Below are positions 20,168 through 30,307 of a stretch of DNA of 64,000 bases, one piece after another. A model generated the notes under the pieces. The model was not told the origin of the DNA and did not search any database. It saw nothing but the letters and a program-made list of their open reading frames with translations. How positions within the stretch are numbered: position 1 is the stretch's first letter; every line of letters starts with the position of its first letter. The DNA is from an uncultured virus (IMG/VR IMGVR_UViG_3300038312_000251) (lineage: Duplodnaviria > Heunggongvirae > Uroviricota > Caudoviricetes): the IMG/VR virus record IMGVR_UViG_3300038312_000251; one strand, written 5' to 3'. Both the position numbers and the translations under genes were made by a program.

Positions 20168-20503
20168 CTAAAACTTTTTTGAATTAATTCTCATTATCAT
20201 TTCTCTTTTTGCTTCTACATTTCCTTTTTGCATTAATTTCAATAACGCTGTTTTTTTCAACTTTTTAAAAGGTCTGTTCTTAGCTGTTATTAATTTCAAC
20301 TCTCTCAAATCAAAATTACACATATTACCATTTGTTTTCGGCTTTCCTACGAAATGAGCTGCTACTAACGGCAAATATGAATTTCCATGAAAGTAATAAA
20401 TCTCAAATAACTTTTTACCCCAAATACTATCTTCTGAATCTCTGACAATATCTCCATTTTTAAAGTATCTCCAAACCACAGGGTTGTCGTTCTCTTTCGG
20501 CAT
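20168..20503 (-). CDS. hypothetical protein
   Basis: 111-aa ORF preceded by the AGTTAT promoter-like motif. Confidence 0.7.
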   Translation of the reverse strand: MPKENDNPVVWRYFKNGDIVRDSEDSIWGKKLFEIYYFHGNSYLPLVAAHFVGKPKTNGNMCNFDLRELKLITAKNRPFKKLKKTALLKLMQKGNVEAKREMIMRINSKKF

Positions 20504-20534
20504 ATCTCACTTTTTTCTTTTAATAACTATGTAA

Positions 20535-20569
20535 AAAAGGGAACCAAGTTTCACAACTCAATTCCCTTT
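20535..20569 (-). terminator. intrinsic terminator
   Basis: AAAGGGAA...TTCCCTTT stem followed by a U-run on the minus strand. Confidence 0.55.
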
Positions 20570-20594
20570 ACATATTAATTTATTATCAAAAAAG

Positions 20595-21320
20595 TTAAAA
20601 TTTAAAAGTAGTCATTTGACGTGCAGTCAATTCATACTCCGTTCCATCTTTCAAAGAACCTAAAATTTCACAAGCCTTAATATCAACCATGATATTACAA
20701 ATTGCCCTTACGCAATCATTATAAGCTCTACGTGCATTTGATTGTTCTTGATTTTCTGGAACGTTCACATGTTTGTCGATAGCATCTTCAGCAGATAATG
20801 TATCAACTGAAACGCCTTCTTTTCTCGGCACATACGTTTCTTCCCAATCGTAAACCTTATGACCGCAATCCATTTTAATTCCAGCAGTCCAATATGTTTC
20901 AGGCTCTTTTGTTGGAGCTGACCCGCAATCTTTCAGTTTTTCATTCGCTTCGTTTTTCTTAACGGCAAGTTCAGCGTTCAATTCAGGCAAAACGACATCA
21001 GTGATTTGTTTCTTTATTTCCTTACCTGTTTTTGAAACTTTAATTGAACTACCATAATCCAAAGCGTTCATAATGTCCGATTTCTCAACCTCTGAAGGCT
21101 CTTCATCTCCTTCTTCCGCTTTTTCGGTTTCTTTTTCAGTTTCTTCTTCTGAAGCAGCTTTTTCAAAAGGATTTTCTTCACCGTCAATTTGTTCAGATTC
21201 ACCCCCCTTCGTCAACTTACTTTCGTCTGAAGTAACTTCCTGAGCATTGGAGAACCCGCCATATATGCGTCCCACCTGAGCTGCTCTTGCTCCTTGAATT
21301 GCTTTTTGAATGTCATTCAT
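20595..21320 (-). CDS. putative head protein with acidic propeptide-like N-terminus
   Basis: repeated IQKA, LTKG, FEKA, TEKA, VEKS motifs in an acidic N-terminal region. Confidence 0.45.
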   Translation of the reverse strand: MNDIQKAIQGARAAQVGRIYGGFSNAQEVTSDESKLTKGGESEQIDGEENPFEKAASEEETEKETEKAEEGDEEPSEVEKSDIMNALDYGSSIKVSKTGKEIKKQITDVVLPELNAELAVKKNEANEKLKDCGSAPTKEPETYWTAGIKMDCGHKVYDWEETYVPRKEGVSVDTLSAEDAIDKHVNVPENQEQSNARRAYNDCVRAICNIMVDIKACEILGSLKDGTEYELTARQMTTFKF

Positions 21321-21342
21321 ATTTTCTTAATTTTAATGTATT

Positions 21343-22326
21343 TCACTTTATAGGCAAACCGTAAAAATGTTCCAAACTGTATTTACCTTTATAACTGTAT
21401 TTGCCCTTCTGTTCATTAATGTCGTCAAGCATATTTTCCAAAAGACTTTTGCCGTTCTTAGTATAATAGTCCATACTGTTATAAACCGATAAATTTAACC
21501 ATGTCATTTTTAAATTGAATATAACTTGACCCAAAACATCTTCTTCTTTCATCTTAGCAAATTCACAAAACTTGGACGTTATCCATTGAGACATTGGAAT
21601 AAAATCAATGTTTTCTGGAACGTGATAGGGTGAAATTGATTCGATAAATTTTTCAAATGCTTTCGCTCCGAACCCTCTTTTCAACTTTGGAATATTATCA
21701 GAAGTATCTCCCATAATAACCTTATATAATAATACTTCAAAAGGTTTAACTCCAATTACTTGAATATCCGTATCTAAATATTCATTCCAAAAAACCTCTT
21801 TCTCAGGAATACAATACATTTTAAGATTTTTTGAGTTATTGTTAAACAATGAAACTCTCTTATTCATAATCTGTCTTATGTCTGAATCGCCAGTGACTAT
21901 GACCAAATCTTCATCCATTATGAAACTGAAATAAATGCTCCAAGCGTAAATCAAGTCATCTCCCTCTGCTCCCATGACCCTACTGACGATTAAACCCTTC
22001 TTACGCAGTAGTTCTTCAAACATATTCAAAACGTTCAGGAAATGCTTGTAATAAGGCTCTCTGACTCTTGTAAGTGAATATTTGTAATCATCATAAAAAC
22101 TATGTCGCCAACTTGAAGAGTCAATAACAAACGCCACTCTCTTTACGTCCTTAAAACGATTTATCGCAGAACACATATCTATGATGCATTTGCGTAACAA
22201 AACCTGTTGTTTTTCTGGGTCTTGTAATACATCTCCCATATCTTGACCTTTGTAATATTGAGAAAAAACGCTGAAGCATTTATGAAATGCGTAGTTTCCG
22301 TCAAATAATATATTCATAATTTTCAC
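21343..22326 (-). CDS. 5'-3' exonuclease / RNase H (T4 rnh, FEN-like)
   Basis: LFDGN, EGDDLI, IVTGDSD, MGDTSDNIP. Confidence 0.9.
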   Translation of the reverse strand: MKIMNILFDGNYAFHKCFSVFSQYYKGQDMGDVLQDPEKQQVLLRKCIIDMCSAINRFKDVKRVAFVIDSSSWRHSFYDDYKYSLTRVREPYYKHFLNVLNMFEELLRKKGLIVSRVMGAEGDDLIYAWSIYFSFIMDEDLVIVTGDSDIRQIMNKRVSLFNNNSKNLKMYCIPEKEVFWNEYLDTDIQVIGVKPFEVLLYKVIMGDTSDNIPKLKRGFGAKAFEKFIESISPYHVPENIDFIPMSQWITSKFCEFAKMKEEDVLGQVIFNLKMTWLNLSVYNSMDYYTKNGKSLLENMLDDINEQKGKYSYKGKYSLEHFYGLPIK

Positions 22327-22394
22327 TTTTTATAAAGTAACTATGGGAACCAAACTTTGAAGAATGACCCCCATAATGTTTTAACATACTAATA

Positions 22395-23186
22395 TTAACC
22401 TAACAAATTAACATTTGATGCCTGAGCCTTTGCTCCCGAACTTACTGGTTTGTAAAGCTCCGTATTTTTCCCATCTTTGAAACCCTTGGAATAAGAACTG
22501 TCATAATTTACTTTTGTTCTTCTGCCAGCACCTGTTTTATATTTATTCGATATATATTCAGTAATTGCTGCATCGTTGCGAACTACCAACGCTGTTACCT
22601 TCGTTCCAAAGGTTTCATCCTTTGCTTTATCAATGTCGCTTTCTTCTTTTAGCTTAGCATCCAAACCAGCCGTACAACCCATGAGATAACTTCTTTGATA
22701 TTTATCCTTACTCATTGGACGCATTGAATATTCCGCTGTTTTCTTGTATTCGTTGAATCTGGTAGTTGAGAATTTAACAAACCGCTCCGATAATAATTCA
22801 CGCAACCATTTAACCGTTTCAAGATTTTCTTTTTTACCGAACATCAAAAGAGTTTTGTAAGTCTTACCCCACTGAAAACATTTGCAAAAATTCCATTTAC
22901 AAAGAACGTACAAAAGTCTAAATTCCCATTCTCCACCAATGCTTTTATAAGTGAATCCGCTGGTCTGTTCTTCCATAACAACATCCGCTTTCTTTTCTTC
23001 ATCTGACCCTATCTCTTCCATTGAAAGATTATATTGGGTTAAAAGCCTTTGAATTGCTGCGGCTGCCGCATTCGCTTCTCCTTCAGAATTAATCTTTTTA
23101 GCACCTTCGTACATTGTTTTCAGCTTTCTCAGCTTACTCAATACCCTGTCTAAATTTTGATTTGTTGTCGTTTCCATTTTTAACAA
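22395..23186 (-). CDS. DUF2786-like domain protein
   Basis: L.KL.KL....EGEA.AAAA.IQRLL.QYNLS; SY..G...G. Confidence 0.7.
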   Translation of the reverse strand: MLKMETTTNQNLDRVLSKLRKLKTMYEGAKKINSEGEANAAAAAIQRLLTQYNLSMEEIGSDEEKKADVVMEEQTSGFTYKSIGGEWEFRLLYVLCKWNFCKCFQWGKTYKTLLMFGKKENLETVKWLRELLSERFVKFSTTRFNEYKKTAEYSMRPMSKDKYQRSYLMGCTAGLDAKLKEESDIDKAKDETFGTKVTALVVRNDAAITEYISNKYKTGAGRRTKVNYDSSYSKGFKDGKNTELYKPVSSGAKAQASNVNLLG

Positions 23187-23209
23187 TTTTATTTACGATT
23201 AAAATTTAA

Positions 23210-24691
23210 TTATTCACATTTAAAATCTTGTATAAAACCTAAATGATGTTTTGCTCTTGTTATCGCAACATAGACAAGGTTGCGTTCTTGTTCCGCCATC
23301 CAAGGAACTTTCATGCAATGTTTCAAATAAAGTTTATCTTCACATATTATAAATACTCTGTCGCTTTCTAAACCCTTTGACTTATGAATCGTACTCAAAC
23401 AAATTCCATTTTTATTGTTATCCGAAAAAATCATATCTATGCGGTCAATTACCTCTTGAGCTGAATTTAAACCTTCTGAAAGAACCTCAATGGCTTTTAA
23501 CTTATCTTCATACGTTTTGTAAATATCGGTTTCACGTGCTTCTTCTTCACTGCATTTTAGCTTGCTAACGGTCTTAACTACTATGCGTGATAATTCCTTT
23601 TCAAGCCTTTCTGAAACGTCATTCATTTGCTTGCGATTAGTTTTCTTAATCATGTTAATCAGGTTTGTTCCTATATCCCGACCTTTTACATATGCCTTAA
23701 CGCCTGAACCGATATATTTCATACATAATTTTACCAAAGGTGCTGAAACTCTACAAAGTATCATATCTCCATCCTTAACATCTTCTATGGAACTTTCTCG
23801 GTCAACTACTCCTGAAGGTGCATTGTCCTTAGCTTCTATTTGTGGAACTATTCCTTTCGCAAGTTTTATAATTTCTTCGTCACAACGATAACAAACCGAC
23901 AACGGCAATTTTGCGGTGCGTGGCGTACTTTTTAAAAGATTAAAACTTTCAACATCCGCTCCAGCAAATCCGTATATTGCTTGCCTTGGGTCTCCAACTG
24001 CAACGAAACGTCCATCAGGCTTCAAACATTTCAAAAATAGATTTCTTTGGGCTGCGTTCAAATCTTGACATTCATCTATAAAAACCCAATCAAAAGTAGG
24101 AACGTTTATTTTTTTTACATTTGGGAAATAAATCATATCAGTAAAATCAATTGACTTCAATTCCATTTCTCCCCATTTAATAGCTCTTATTGCTAAACTC
24201 ACTTCATTATCCATCAATGAAATATTGTGCTTATCTGCTAAATCGTTTAAAGAAACAGAATCGGTTGAAAGATTTACCCTGCCTAAATCTATGAGCTTTA
24301 AAATATTAGCTTTCCATTCTGGATATTCTTCATCCGTCAAATTCTGATTGGGTGATAAATTTCCGTATTTTATCCCATTATTTACCCAAATCTTGTATTT
24401 ATCTACTTGTAAGGAACATTTCAAAGTCTTCATAACCGCTGAAGCTCCAAGACTATGAAGTGTGCGTATTTCCACGTTTGTTTTATTCCCTATCTTTATT
24501 TTCAATTCTTCAACGATAGCTTTGTTGAAAGCTAAAAATAAAACCGATTTATCTGAAGGAATGAGATTTAACGCATTTACAATAGTTGTGGATTTGCCCG
24601 AACCCGCAACAGCATCGATGACCGCATTTCCTTTACCTTTTTGAATGTAAGTGTAAACGGCTTTTTGATATTTACTTGGTACGAATGCCAT
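23210..24691 (-). CDS. superfamily I (UvrD/Rep-like) helicase, copy 1
   Basis: AVAGSGKS, AFNK, DECQD, VGD.RQAIYGF, YRC, STIHKSKGLE, YVAITRAK. Confidence 0.9.
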   Translation of the reverse strand: MAFVPSKYQKAVYTYIQKGKGNAVIDAVAGSGKSTTIVNALNLIPSDKSVLFLAFNKAIVEELKIKIGNKTNVEIRTLHSLGASAVMKTLKCSLQVDKYKIWVNNGIKYGNLSPNQNLTDEEYPEWKANILKLIDLGRVNLSTDSVSLNDLADKHNISLMDNEVSLAIRAIKWGEMELKSIDFTDMIYFPNVKKINVPTFDWVFIDECQDLNAAQRNLFLKCLKPDGRFVAVGDPRQAIYGFAGADVESFNLLKSTPRTAKLPLSVCYRCDEEIIKLAKGIVPQIEAKDNAPSGVVDRESSIEDVKDGDMILCRVSAPLVKLCMKYIGSGVKAYVKGRDIGTNLINMIKKTNRKQMNDVSERLEKELSRIVVKTVSKLKCSEEEARETDIYKTYEDKLKAIEVLSEGLNSAQEVIDRIDMIFSDNNKNGICLSTIHKSKGLESDRVFIICEDKLYLKHCMKVPWMAEQERNLVYVAITRAKHHLGFIQDFKCE

Positions 24692-24722
24692 AATGTTGAG
24701 TTTTTAATTTGTATTTCTGTTA

Positions 24723-24753
24723 CAAAGTTACGTACAATTTTTTAAACGGCAAA
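24723..24753 (-). promoter_or_regulatory. Bacteroidota sigma-A type promoter
   Basis: minus strand TTTG-CCGTTTAAAAAATTGTACG(19 nt)-TAACTTTG, upstream of the helicase. Confidence 0.75.
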
Positions 24754-24857
24754 ACTTTTTGCTACTTTTTAACGCTTTATTGCTAAATTTAACTTTGTTA
24801 AAATAAAAAAGAGACACTTTCACAGCATCTCTCCTTTAAAATCGACAGTTTTATAAA

Positions 24858-25154
24858 TTAAACATTTAATATCAAATTGCCTTCTTCAGCTAACTTTACC
24901 AATTTTTCTTCTTTCGGTATCCAGCCGCAAACAAATATCAATTTAAACCCTTTTGATTCAGCAATTTTATGCCAAGCTCTCGCCAATCTTTTAAACCTTT
25001 CATCATGCATGTATAAATCGTAATCAGATACAGATATTTGCCACCAAGTGTACGTCATATCAACATTACCTGTAAGATGACCGTATGAAATAATTCCATC
25101 TTTCAGGCTCTCTATTTTCTTAACAACGCTCAACAAAAATGACTCTTTACCCAT
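24858..25154 (-). CDS. hypothetical protein
   Basis: 98-aa ORF following nrdJ. Confidence 0.7.
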   Translation of the reverse strand: MGKESFLLSVVKKIESLKDGIISYGHLTGNVDMTYTWWQISVSDYDLYMHDERFKRLARAWHKIAESKGFKLIFVCGWIPKEEKLVKLAEEGNLILNV

Positions 25155-25160
25155 AACTAA

Positions 25161-27086
25161 TTAATTTAATTCGCAAGCACCGCCAGAACAACCGACGGCA
25201 ACCATATCTCCAGAAAAAATTTCTTTTCTGTTACTCATAATAACGTTGAAATTAATTTCATTGTTATCCAAGTATTCTTTTATGTCATTAAACTCTTGTT
25301 CAATTTCTTCTGAAGATAACCTCTGGAAAGGTGCATTATCATAAATTTGGTCGCCATGTTTAGGTAACAAAGAAACGCCAGTGAAAAGATAATCATTTGT
25401 AAATAGAACCGAAGCAACCTCATCCCATTCATCATCTGAAACTTCCACTGTCGCTGATACGTTATTTGGAACCGCCTTGCCGCTCAAACTACCTTTATTT
25501 ATCCAATAATGTTTTACCATACTGATAAATTTCAAATGCTCAACAGCTGAAATTTCATCTTTAACTACCAAATTCTCATCCCATGATTCTATTGGGAAAC
25601 TTATAACCGCTTCATCACCTCTTAAAATCTTCACCAATGGAGTGTTTTTCAAAGCAATAAATTCTGGACTGTAAGTTTTAATGCGAACTCTTCTCAAATA
25701 CTTATTTGCATGAGCTGGATGAATTCCGCTGCAATACAATCCTAAAATACTTGAAGCGTTTCCGCTCGGTTTAATAGTGGTACAAGTCCTGCTCTTATTT
25801 ATTCCAAATTCAGCGGCATATTTAGCGTTTGTTTCTGCCACTACTCTCGCACCTTCTCTTAATACCTCATTTCTCAGTTTAGGATTGGCGTACATGCCTG
25901 TTATGCTCACTCCAATAGCTCTATCACGCTCCGCTACATCTTTAGAAGCATCTGAAAGGTATTTAAAGTCAGTGTAAAGTGATTGAACCGTGGCGACAAA
26001 AGAAGCAACCCTACAAGCCTCAAAAAATTCTTCTTTACTCTTAACCCTTTCAGCATTTATTTCAACCAGATTACAAAAAGCAAAACCAGTTTCTCCATTT
26101 ATGCTCGGTTTCATCACTATTTCAGCGCAAGGATTCACCGTGTATTCGTAACTTTTTACATTAACAAAACCTGGTTCACCGAACTGCCTAATAACAGATA
26201 GCTTTTCTTTTAATTCCTTATAACCGATTGAATCTTCAAAGGTTGTTAATATGCTATTATTAGCCATTGCCCTTTGAGGATTTTCAGCCCACCAATTTCC
26301 TGTTTTAGCTCTCAGCATTAAATCATCATCCTTATCAAAAAGAGCAATCATTGCGGAACGTCTTACACCGCCACTAACTACACTGTCTGCAATATGGCAA
26401 ATAATGTCGTGAATTTCTATACTCTTCAACTTTCTACCTTGAGAAAGTTTCATGATTTCCTTAATCTTTTGGTGAGCTCTTTTTAATGGTTCTGGGCCAG
26501 GTGCTGAAAACTTTCCGTCAATCAAAGAACCTTCTGGACGAATGTTATCAAAATAAATTTCAGGAATTTCCCCATTGAAAAGAGCATACATAAGCTCCTT
26601 AATAGAATCAGCCCAGCCTTCAATTGAATCCTCAACTACAAATAAAGGTCTTTTCGCACCGCTAAACGGCTTAACTTCAGGCAACTTTTTTATATAATCT
26701 TTATGCAAAGAATAACCAACCCCAGCTCCACATAGTAACAAATACATGGTTTCAGAAAAAACATCAACCCTATCAATATAGGTGCTACAACAATTGTATA
26801 ACTTAGCTTCATGTTTTAAAATTCCGCTTAACGGATTAACAGAAGCAAATTGTCTGCCTCTCTGAGAAGACAAGATTTTTTTATCATATTCAAGCTCTCT
26901 CGATTTATCAATCATTGATTTAATATCAGAGTTCAACAAACCTTCTTTTTCCAGCTTGATTTCATGCATATCATATATCCTGTCAATTGTCTCATTCCAG
27001 TTTTCTAAAAAACCATCTTTTTTCTTTTGAGAATATTTTGAAAGAAAGACATAATCTGCTAAAAGCTCTATTCCATTTTTGTCCAT
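25161..27086 (-). CDS. nrdJ: class II (adenosylcobalamin-dependent) ribonucleotide reductase
   Basis: YNCC, G.GVG, GGVRRSA, NPCAEI, CNL.E, TIKPSG and C-terminal CSGGACE; no nrdB or nrdG nearby. Confidence 0.85.
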   Translation of the reverse strand: MDKNGIELLADYVFLSKYSQKKKDGFLENWNETIDRIYDMHEIKLEKEGLLNSDIKSMIDKSRELEYDKKILSSQRGRQFASVNPLSGILKHEAKLYNCCSTYIDRVDVFSETMYLLLCGAGVGYSLHKDYIKKLPEVKPFSGAKRPLFVVEDSIEGWADSIKELMYALFNGEIPEIYFDNIRPEGSLIDGKFSAPGPEPLKRAHQKIKEIMKLSQGRKLKSIEIHDIICHIADSVVSGGVRRSAMIALFDKDDDLMLRAKTGNWWAENPQRAMANNSILTTFEDSIGYKELKEKLSVIRQFGEPGFVNVKSYEYTVNPCAEIVMKPSINGETGFAFCNLVEINAERVKSKEEFFEACRVASFVATVQSLYTDFKYLSDASKDVAERDRAIGVSITGMYANPKLRNEVLREGARVVAETNAKYAAEFGINKSRTCTTIKPSGNASSILGLYCSGIHPAHANKYLRRVRIKTYSPEFIALKNTPLVKILRGDEAVISFPIESWDENLVVKDEISAVEHLKFISMVKHYWINKGSLSGKAVPNNVSATVEVSDDEWDEVASVLFTNDYLFTGVSLLPKHGDQIYDNAPFQRLSSEEIEQEFNDIKEYLDNNEINFNVIMSNRKEIFSGDMVAVGCSGGACELN

Positions 27087-27199
27087 AACTTAACGTATTT
27101 TTATTTAATAGGAATATACTCATACCTGTCTATTCCTAAAATTATTTTGGGTGATTATACAGAAATACACCCCAATAAACATCAAAAGGTCTTAAATGA

Positions 27200-27643
27200 T
27201 TATTTGGTTCCAGTATGACCGAACCCACCTGCTCCACGTTGAGTAGTTTCTGAAAAAAGTCCAGCGCATTCAAATTCAGCCTGAACTACATTTTCAACAA
27301 AAATAAATTGAGCTATTCTTTCACCCCTTTTAAAACTTATAGGCTCTTCACCGTGATTTATTAATAAAACGTTACACTCACCCTGATAATCACTATCAAT
27401 GGTTCCAGGTGCATTAACACAAGTTATTCCGTGTTTGATTGCTAAACCGCTTCTTGGTCTTACTTGAACTTCCATATCTTCAGGCAACTCCATATAAATC
27501 CCTGTGTGAATCATTTTACGCTCCTTTGGATTTATCACAAAATCCTCATTAGCTTTCACATCAGCACCCGAACTTCTTTCAGTAGCATAAATTGGAGCTT
27601 GACCCCCATCTTTCAAAATGATTTTTACTTTTCTCTTTTTCAT
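27200..27643 (-). CDS. dut: trimeric dUTPase
   Basis: GAD, RPRSGLA, GTIDSDYQG, GERIAQ, RGAGGFGHTG. Confidence 0.95.
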   Translation of the reverse strand: MKKRKVKIILKDGGQAPIYATERSSGADVKANEDFVINPKERKMIHTGIYMELPEDMEVQVRPRSGLAIKHGITCVNAPGTIDSDYQGECNVLLINHGEEPISFKRGERIAQFIFVENVVQAEFECAGLFSETTQRGAGGFGHTGTK

Positions 27644-27683
27644 CTTTTTTATTTTTTTACCCTTTTATAAACTATGATTATGA

Positions 27684-29381
27684 TTAGCCTAAAAACGTAT
27701 ATTTGAAACCAGTTGTTAACAAATTAGCTGCTAATTTAGCAAGCCAGAAACTTGATGAAATATCATCATGTTCCCCAACGCTTTCAAGTCCATGGTCTGT
27801 AAACGCAACCGAACCAAGGTCGCTAAAAATAAGGTCTTTTATGTTTTGAGAATAAACGTCACCGACAGGAATATGAATTTTACCTCTTTCAAAATCAATA
27901 GCAAGTCCTGGCCATCCGCTCTTTAAATCATACTTATCTATTCCAGTAGTATGTCCTACAACTGGCAGTCCTTGTCGGTCTGACTCTTGTACAAAAATTT
28001 GTTGAAATGTATTTTGTTCCATGACTATGCTGTTAGGTCTAAATCTTGCGTTCAATCCTTTTAAAACCTGCATTTGTTCGTGAAACGTTTTCCCTTTTTC
28101 CCTATAAAGATTCAACAGCCATCTTTCTCCTGTTTCGTCATCAACCCCCCAAGTTGTAAACACGGTGTAGTCACTTCCCACATTAGCAGAAATAGCAAAA
28201 TCACATCCCATGACAACTTTATTAAACTTAATCGGAAAATCATCCCTATTTCTAACAAGAGTATAATTTTCCATTCTTAACAATGAACGCTCTAAAACCT
28301 TTAATGGGAATATTGAAGATTCATTGGTAATTGGACGGCAAAGGTTTTCCCTACTAAAAATGATATTTCCTTGAGTGTTTTTCTTATCCATCAAATCAAG
28401 AAAACTCCAACGATGAGGCCAAAGTATTCTACCATCTGGGAAAATAGCAGGATATTCAATAACAAACCATCCTCTTGAATCCTTTGTGGCTTTACTTTTT
28501 AAATCTCCGTATAAATCTGATGCGTGGAACGGTGTTCCTACTACGATAATTTGACCGCCAGGAACAAGCATATTCATAATAACGGAATGAAAATAGTCAA
28601 TGCTCTTCTGCCTCTGCATAGCACTGTAAATGACGTTATCCTTTAATCCATCATCTACTACTATCCAATATGGGTGGGCACCACGTACTGATGACCCAAA
28701 TCCCTTACACGTCAATCTCGCTCCGTTCTTACATACTATATTCGTACTTGCCCATGCCCCAGTGGTTTTTGAATTTGGAAACAATCTATCTCTCAATATA
28801 TCATTCCCCTCAATCGTACCTTTTAAGATTTCCATAAGGTCAACTGACTGTTGTAATGAAAAGCTAAAAAGATAACCCCTATTGGAACTTGCCTTTGTAG
28901 GTCTGGCTGAAAATACTCCTGTTTTCGGTCTTGAATATCGGTACAACTGCCAAGCGGCATATGCATTAGAAAAATAAAAAGATTTCCCGTGGTCACGTGC
29001 GGCAATTGTGCATAGCTTTTTATGTCTATGAACTAAATCACCCCATTCTAAATGATGCCAAGATAATTGAAAATCAGGCATAACTGAAGTGATGAAATAA
29101 GTAAGGTTTCTTGTTCTTAAAGTTTCTTCAATGGAATATGAAAGCCTGTCGGTGTATTTTGGAGAAAAATCAATATTGGTATCTCCAGTGTACATTACCT
29201 GAAATGTGTCTTTCATTAAATTATCTAAAACATAATCAATATCACCTTGCGAACCTTGCATTAATTCCAAAATTCCCTTATCGTCCATCCCATCAATAAT
29301 TTCATCAATGACATTAAGACACTCAAGCCTATGCATGGGTGATTGCAATATTGTAGTTGTATTTTGCTCTATCATCAACAA
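27684..29381 (-). CDS. terL: terminase large subunit
   Basis: Walker A ARDHGKS, VRGAHP..IVVDD, VVGTP, nuclease-domain GCDFA...DYT, HDD. Confidence 0.9.
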   Translation of the reverse strand: MLMIEQNTTTILQSPMHRLECLNVIDEIIDGMDDKGILELMQGSQGDIDYVLDNLMKDTFQVMYTGDTNIDFSPKYTDRLSYSIEETLRTRNLTYFITSVMPDFQLSWHHLEWGDLVHRHKKLCTIAARDHGKSFYFSNAYAAWQLYRYSRPKTGVFSARPTKASSNRGYLFSFSLQQSVDLMEILKGTIEGNDILRDRLFPNSKTTGAWASTNIVCKNGARLTCKGFGSSVRGAHPYWIVVDDGLKDNVIYSAMQRQKSIDYFHSVIMNMLVPGGQIIVVGTPFHASDLYGDLKSKATKDSRGWFVIEYPAIFPDGRILWPHRWSFLDLMDKKNTQGNIIFSRENLCRPITNESSIFPLKVLERSLLRMENYTLVRNRDDFPIKFNKVVMGCDFAISANVGSDYTVFTTWGVDDETGERWLLNLYREKGKTFHEQMQVLKGLNARFRPNSIVMEQNTFQQIFVQESDRQGLPVVGHTTGIDKYDLKSGWPGLAIDFERGKIHIPVGDVYSQNIKDLIFSDLGSVAFTDHGLESVGEHDDISSSFWLAKLAANLLTTGFKYTFLG

Positions 29382-29395
29382 ACCTTTTTAACGAC

Positions 29396-29427
29396 AAAAA
29401 GCTAACAGAGTATGACCCCTGTTAGCT
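29396..29427 (-). terminator. intrinsic terminator
   Basis: AGCTAACAG...CTGTTAGCT stem followed by a U-run on the minus strand. Confidence 0.65.
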
Positions 29428-29454
29428 CTCTATTCTGTTTATACAATTAAACTA

Positions 29455-30213
29455 TTAAAACTTGATTGATTCTTCAATCGTATTTCTGAATGCTTCATAA
29501 ATTTCGCTCTTTTCCTTTTCGGTCATTTTCTTATCCGATTCAATTGAAGCCTTAAATCTCAAAATATCATTATTCATCGCTTGACACATTGATATGATTT
29601 CGGTTTGAATCGTTTGATGTTGTCTTTTAGGATTGAAATGTAATTTGAATTCATGAATACCTTTCGTGTATTCTAACATTCCAAAAGCACGAAGTAATTG
29701 AAGAACTTGTTCCGCTTTCTTGTGAGTGAGATTAGTTTTCCTCACGACCTCTGTTCTTGTGAAAACAACGTCATCAACTTCTTCAATCGGTTTACCACCA
29801 GTTAAAATCATCCAAAGTTTGACGCACTGGTCTTCAGCGTGAAGCCTGTTTGAAGTATTATTCAAAAAATCGGCAACACTTATCCCTTCTTCTTTTTTGC
29901 CTTTCGTGGAAAGATAATCGTGAATAACACGGTCTTCAAGAATAACGACTTCAACCCCATTTTCTTTTGCCGCATTAATTGCCGCTGAAGATACGATAGG
30001 ATTCAAACAAGCCATCAACATTACCTTTTGTTCGGCAGTCAACTTTGGCTTAGCTACGAACTCATCAGGTGATTTTTCAATCTCCGCTTCTTTTTTCTTT
30101 GAAGTTTTCCTCACCCTTTTGGCAGGCTCTAAACCAGCAGCACGGGCAGCTTCCATTTCTTCTCTTGTTCTCCTTTTACGTTTTGGAGCTTCATTTTTCA
30201 ATTCTTCCGACAT
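29455..30213 (-). CDS. hypothetical protein with basic N-terminus and possible winged-helix
   Basis: KRKRRTREEMEA; TRTEVVRKTNLTHKKAEQVLQLLRAFGML. Confidence 0.6.
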   Translation of the reverse strand: MSEELKNEAPKRKRRTREEMEAARAAGLEPAKRVRKTSKKKEAEIEKSPDEFVAKPKLTAEQKVMLMACLNPIVSSAAINAAKENGVEVVILEDRVIHDYLSTKGKKEEGISVADFLNNTSNRLHAEDQCVKLWMILTGGKPIEEVDDVVFTRTEVVRKTNLTHKKAEQVLQLLRAFGMLEYTKGIHEFKLHFNPKRQHQTIQTEIISMCQAMNNDILRFKASIESDKKMTEKEKSEIYEAFRNTIEESIKF

Positions 30214-30307
30214 AACAATTTTATTTACGTGAATTATTTATAACTGTGCTTTTGATTAACGTTTTTGATACCTCACAATTTTTCTAACAATATAAACTTT
30301 GTTAAAA

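Noticed and set aside
27087..27199. Cobalamin riboswitch upstream of nrdJ
   Set aside because: Region is short and AT-rich, with no recognisable B12-box consensus
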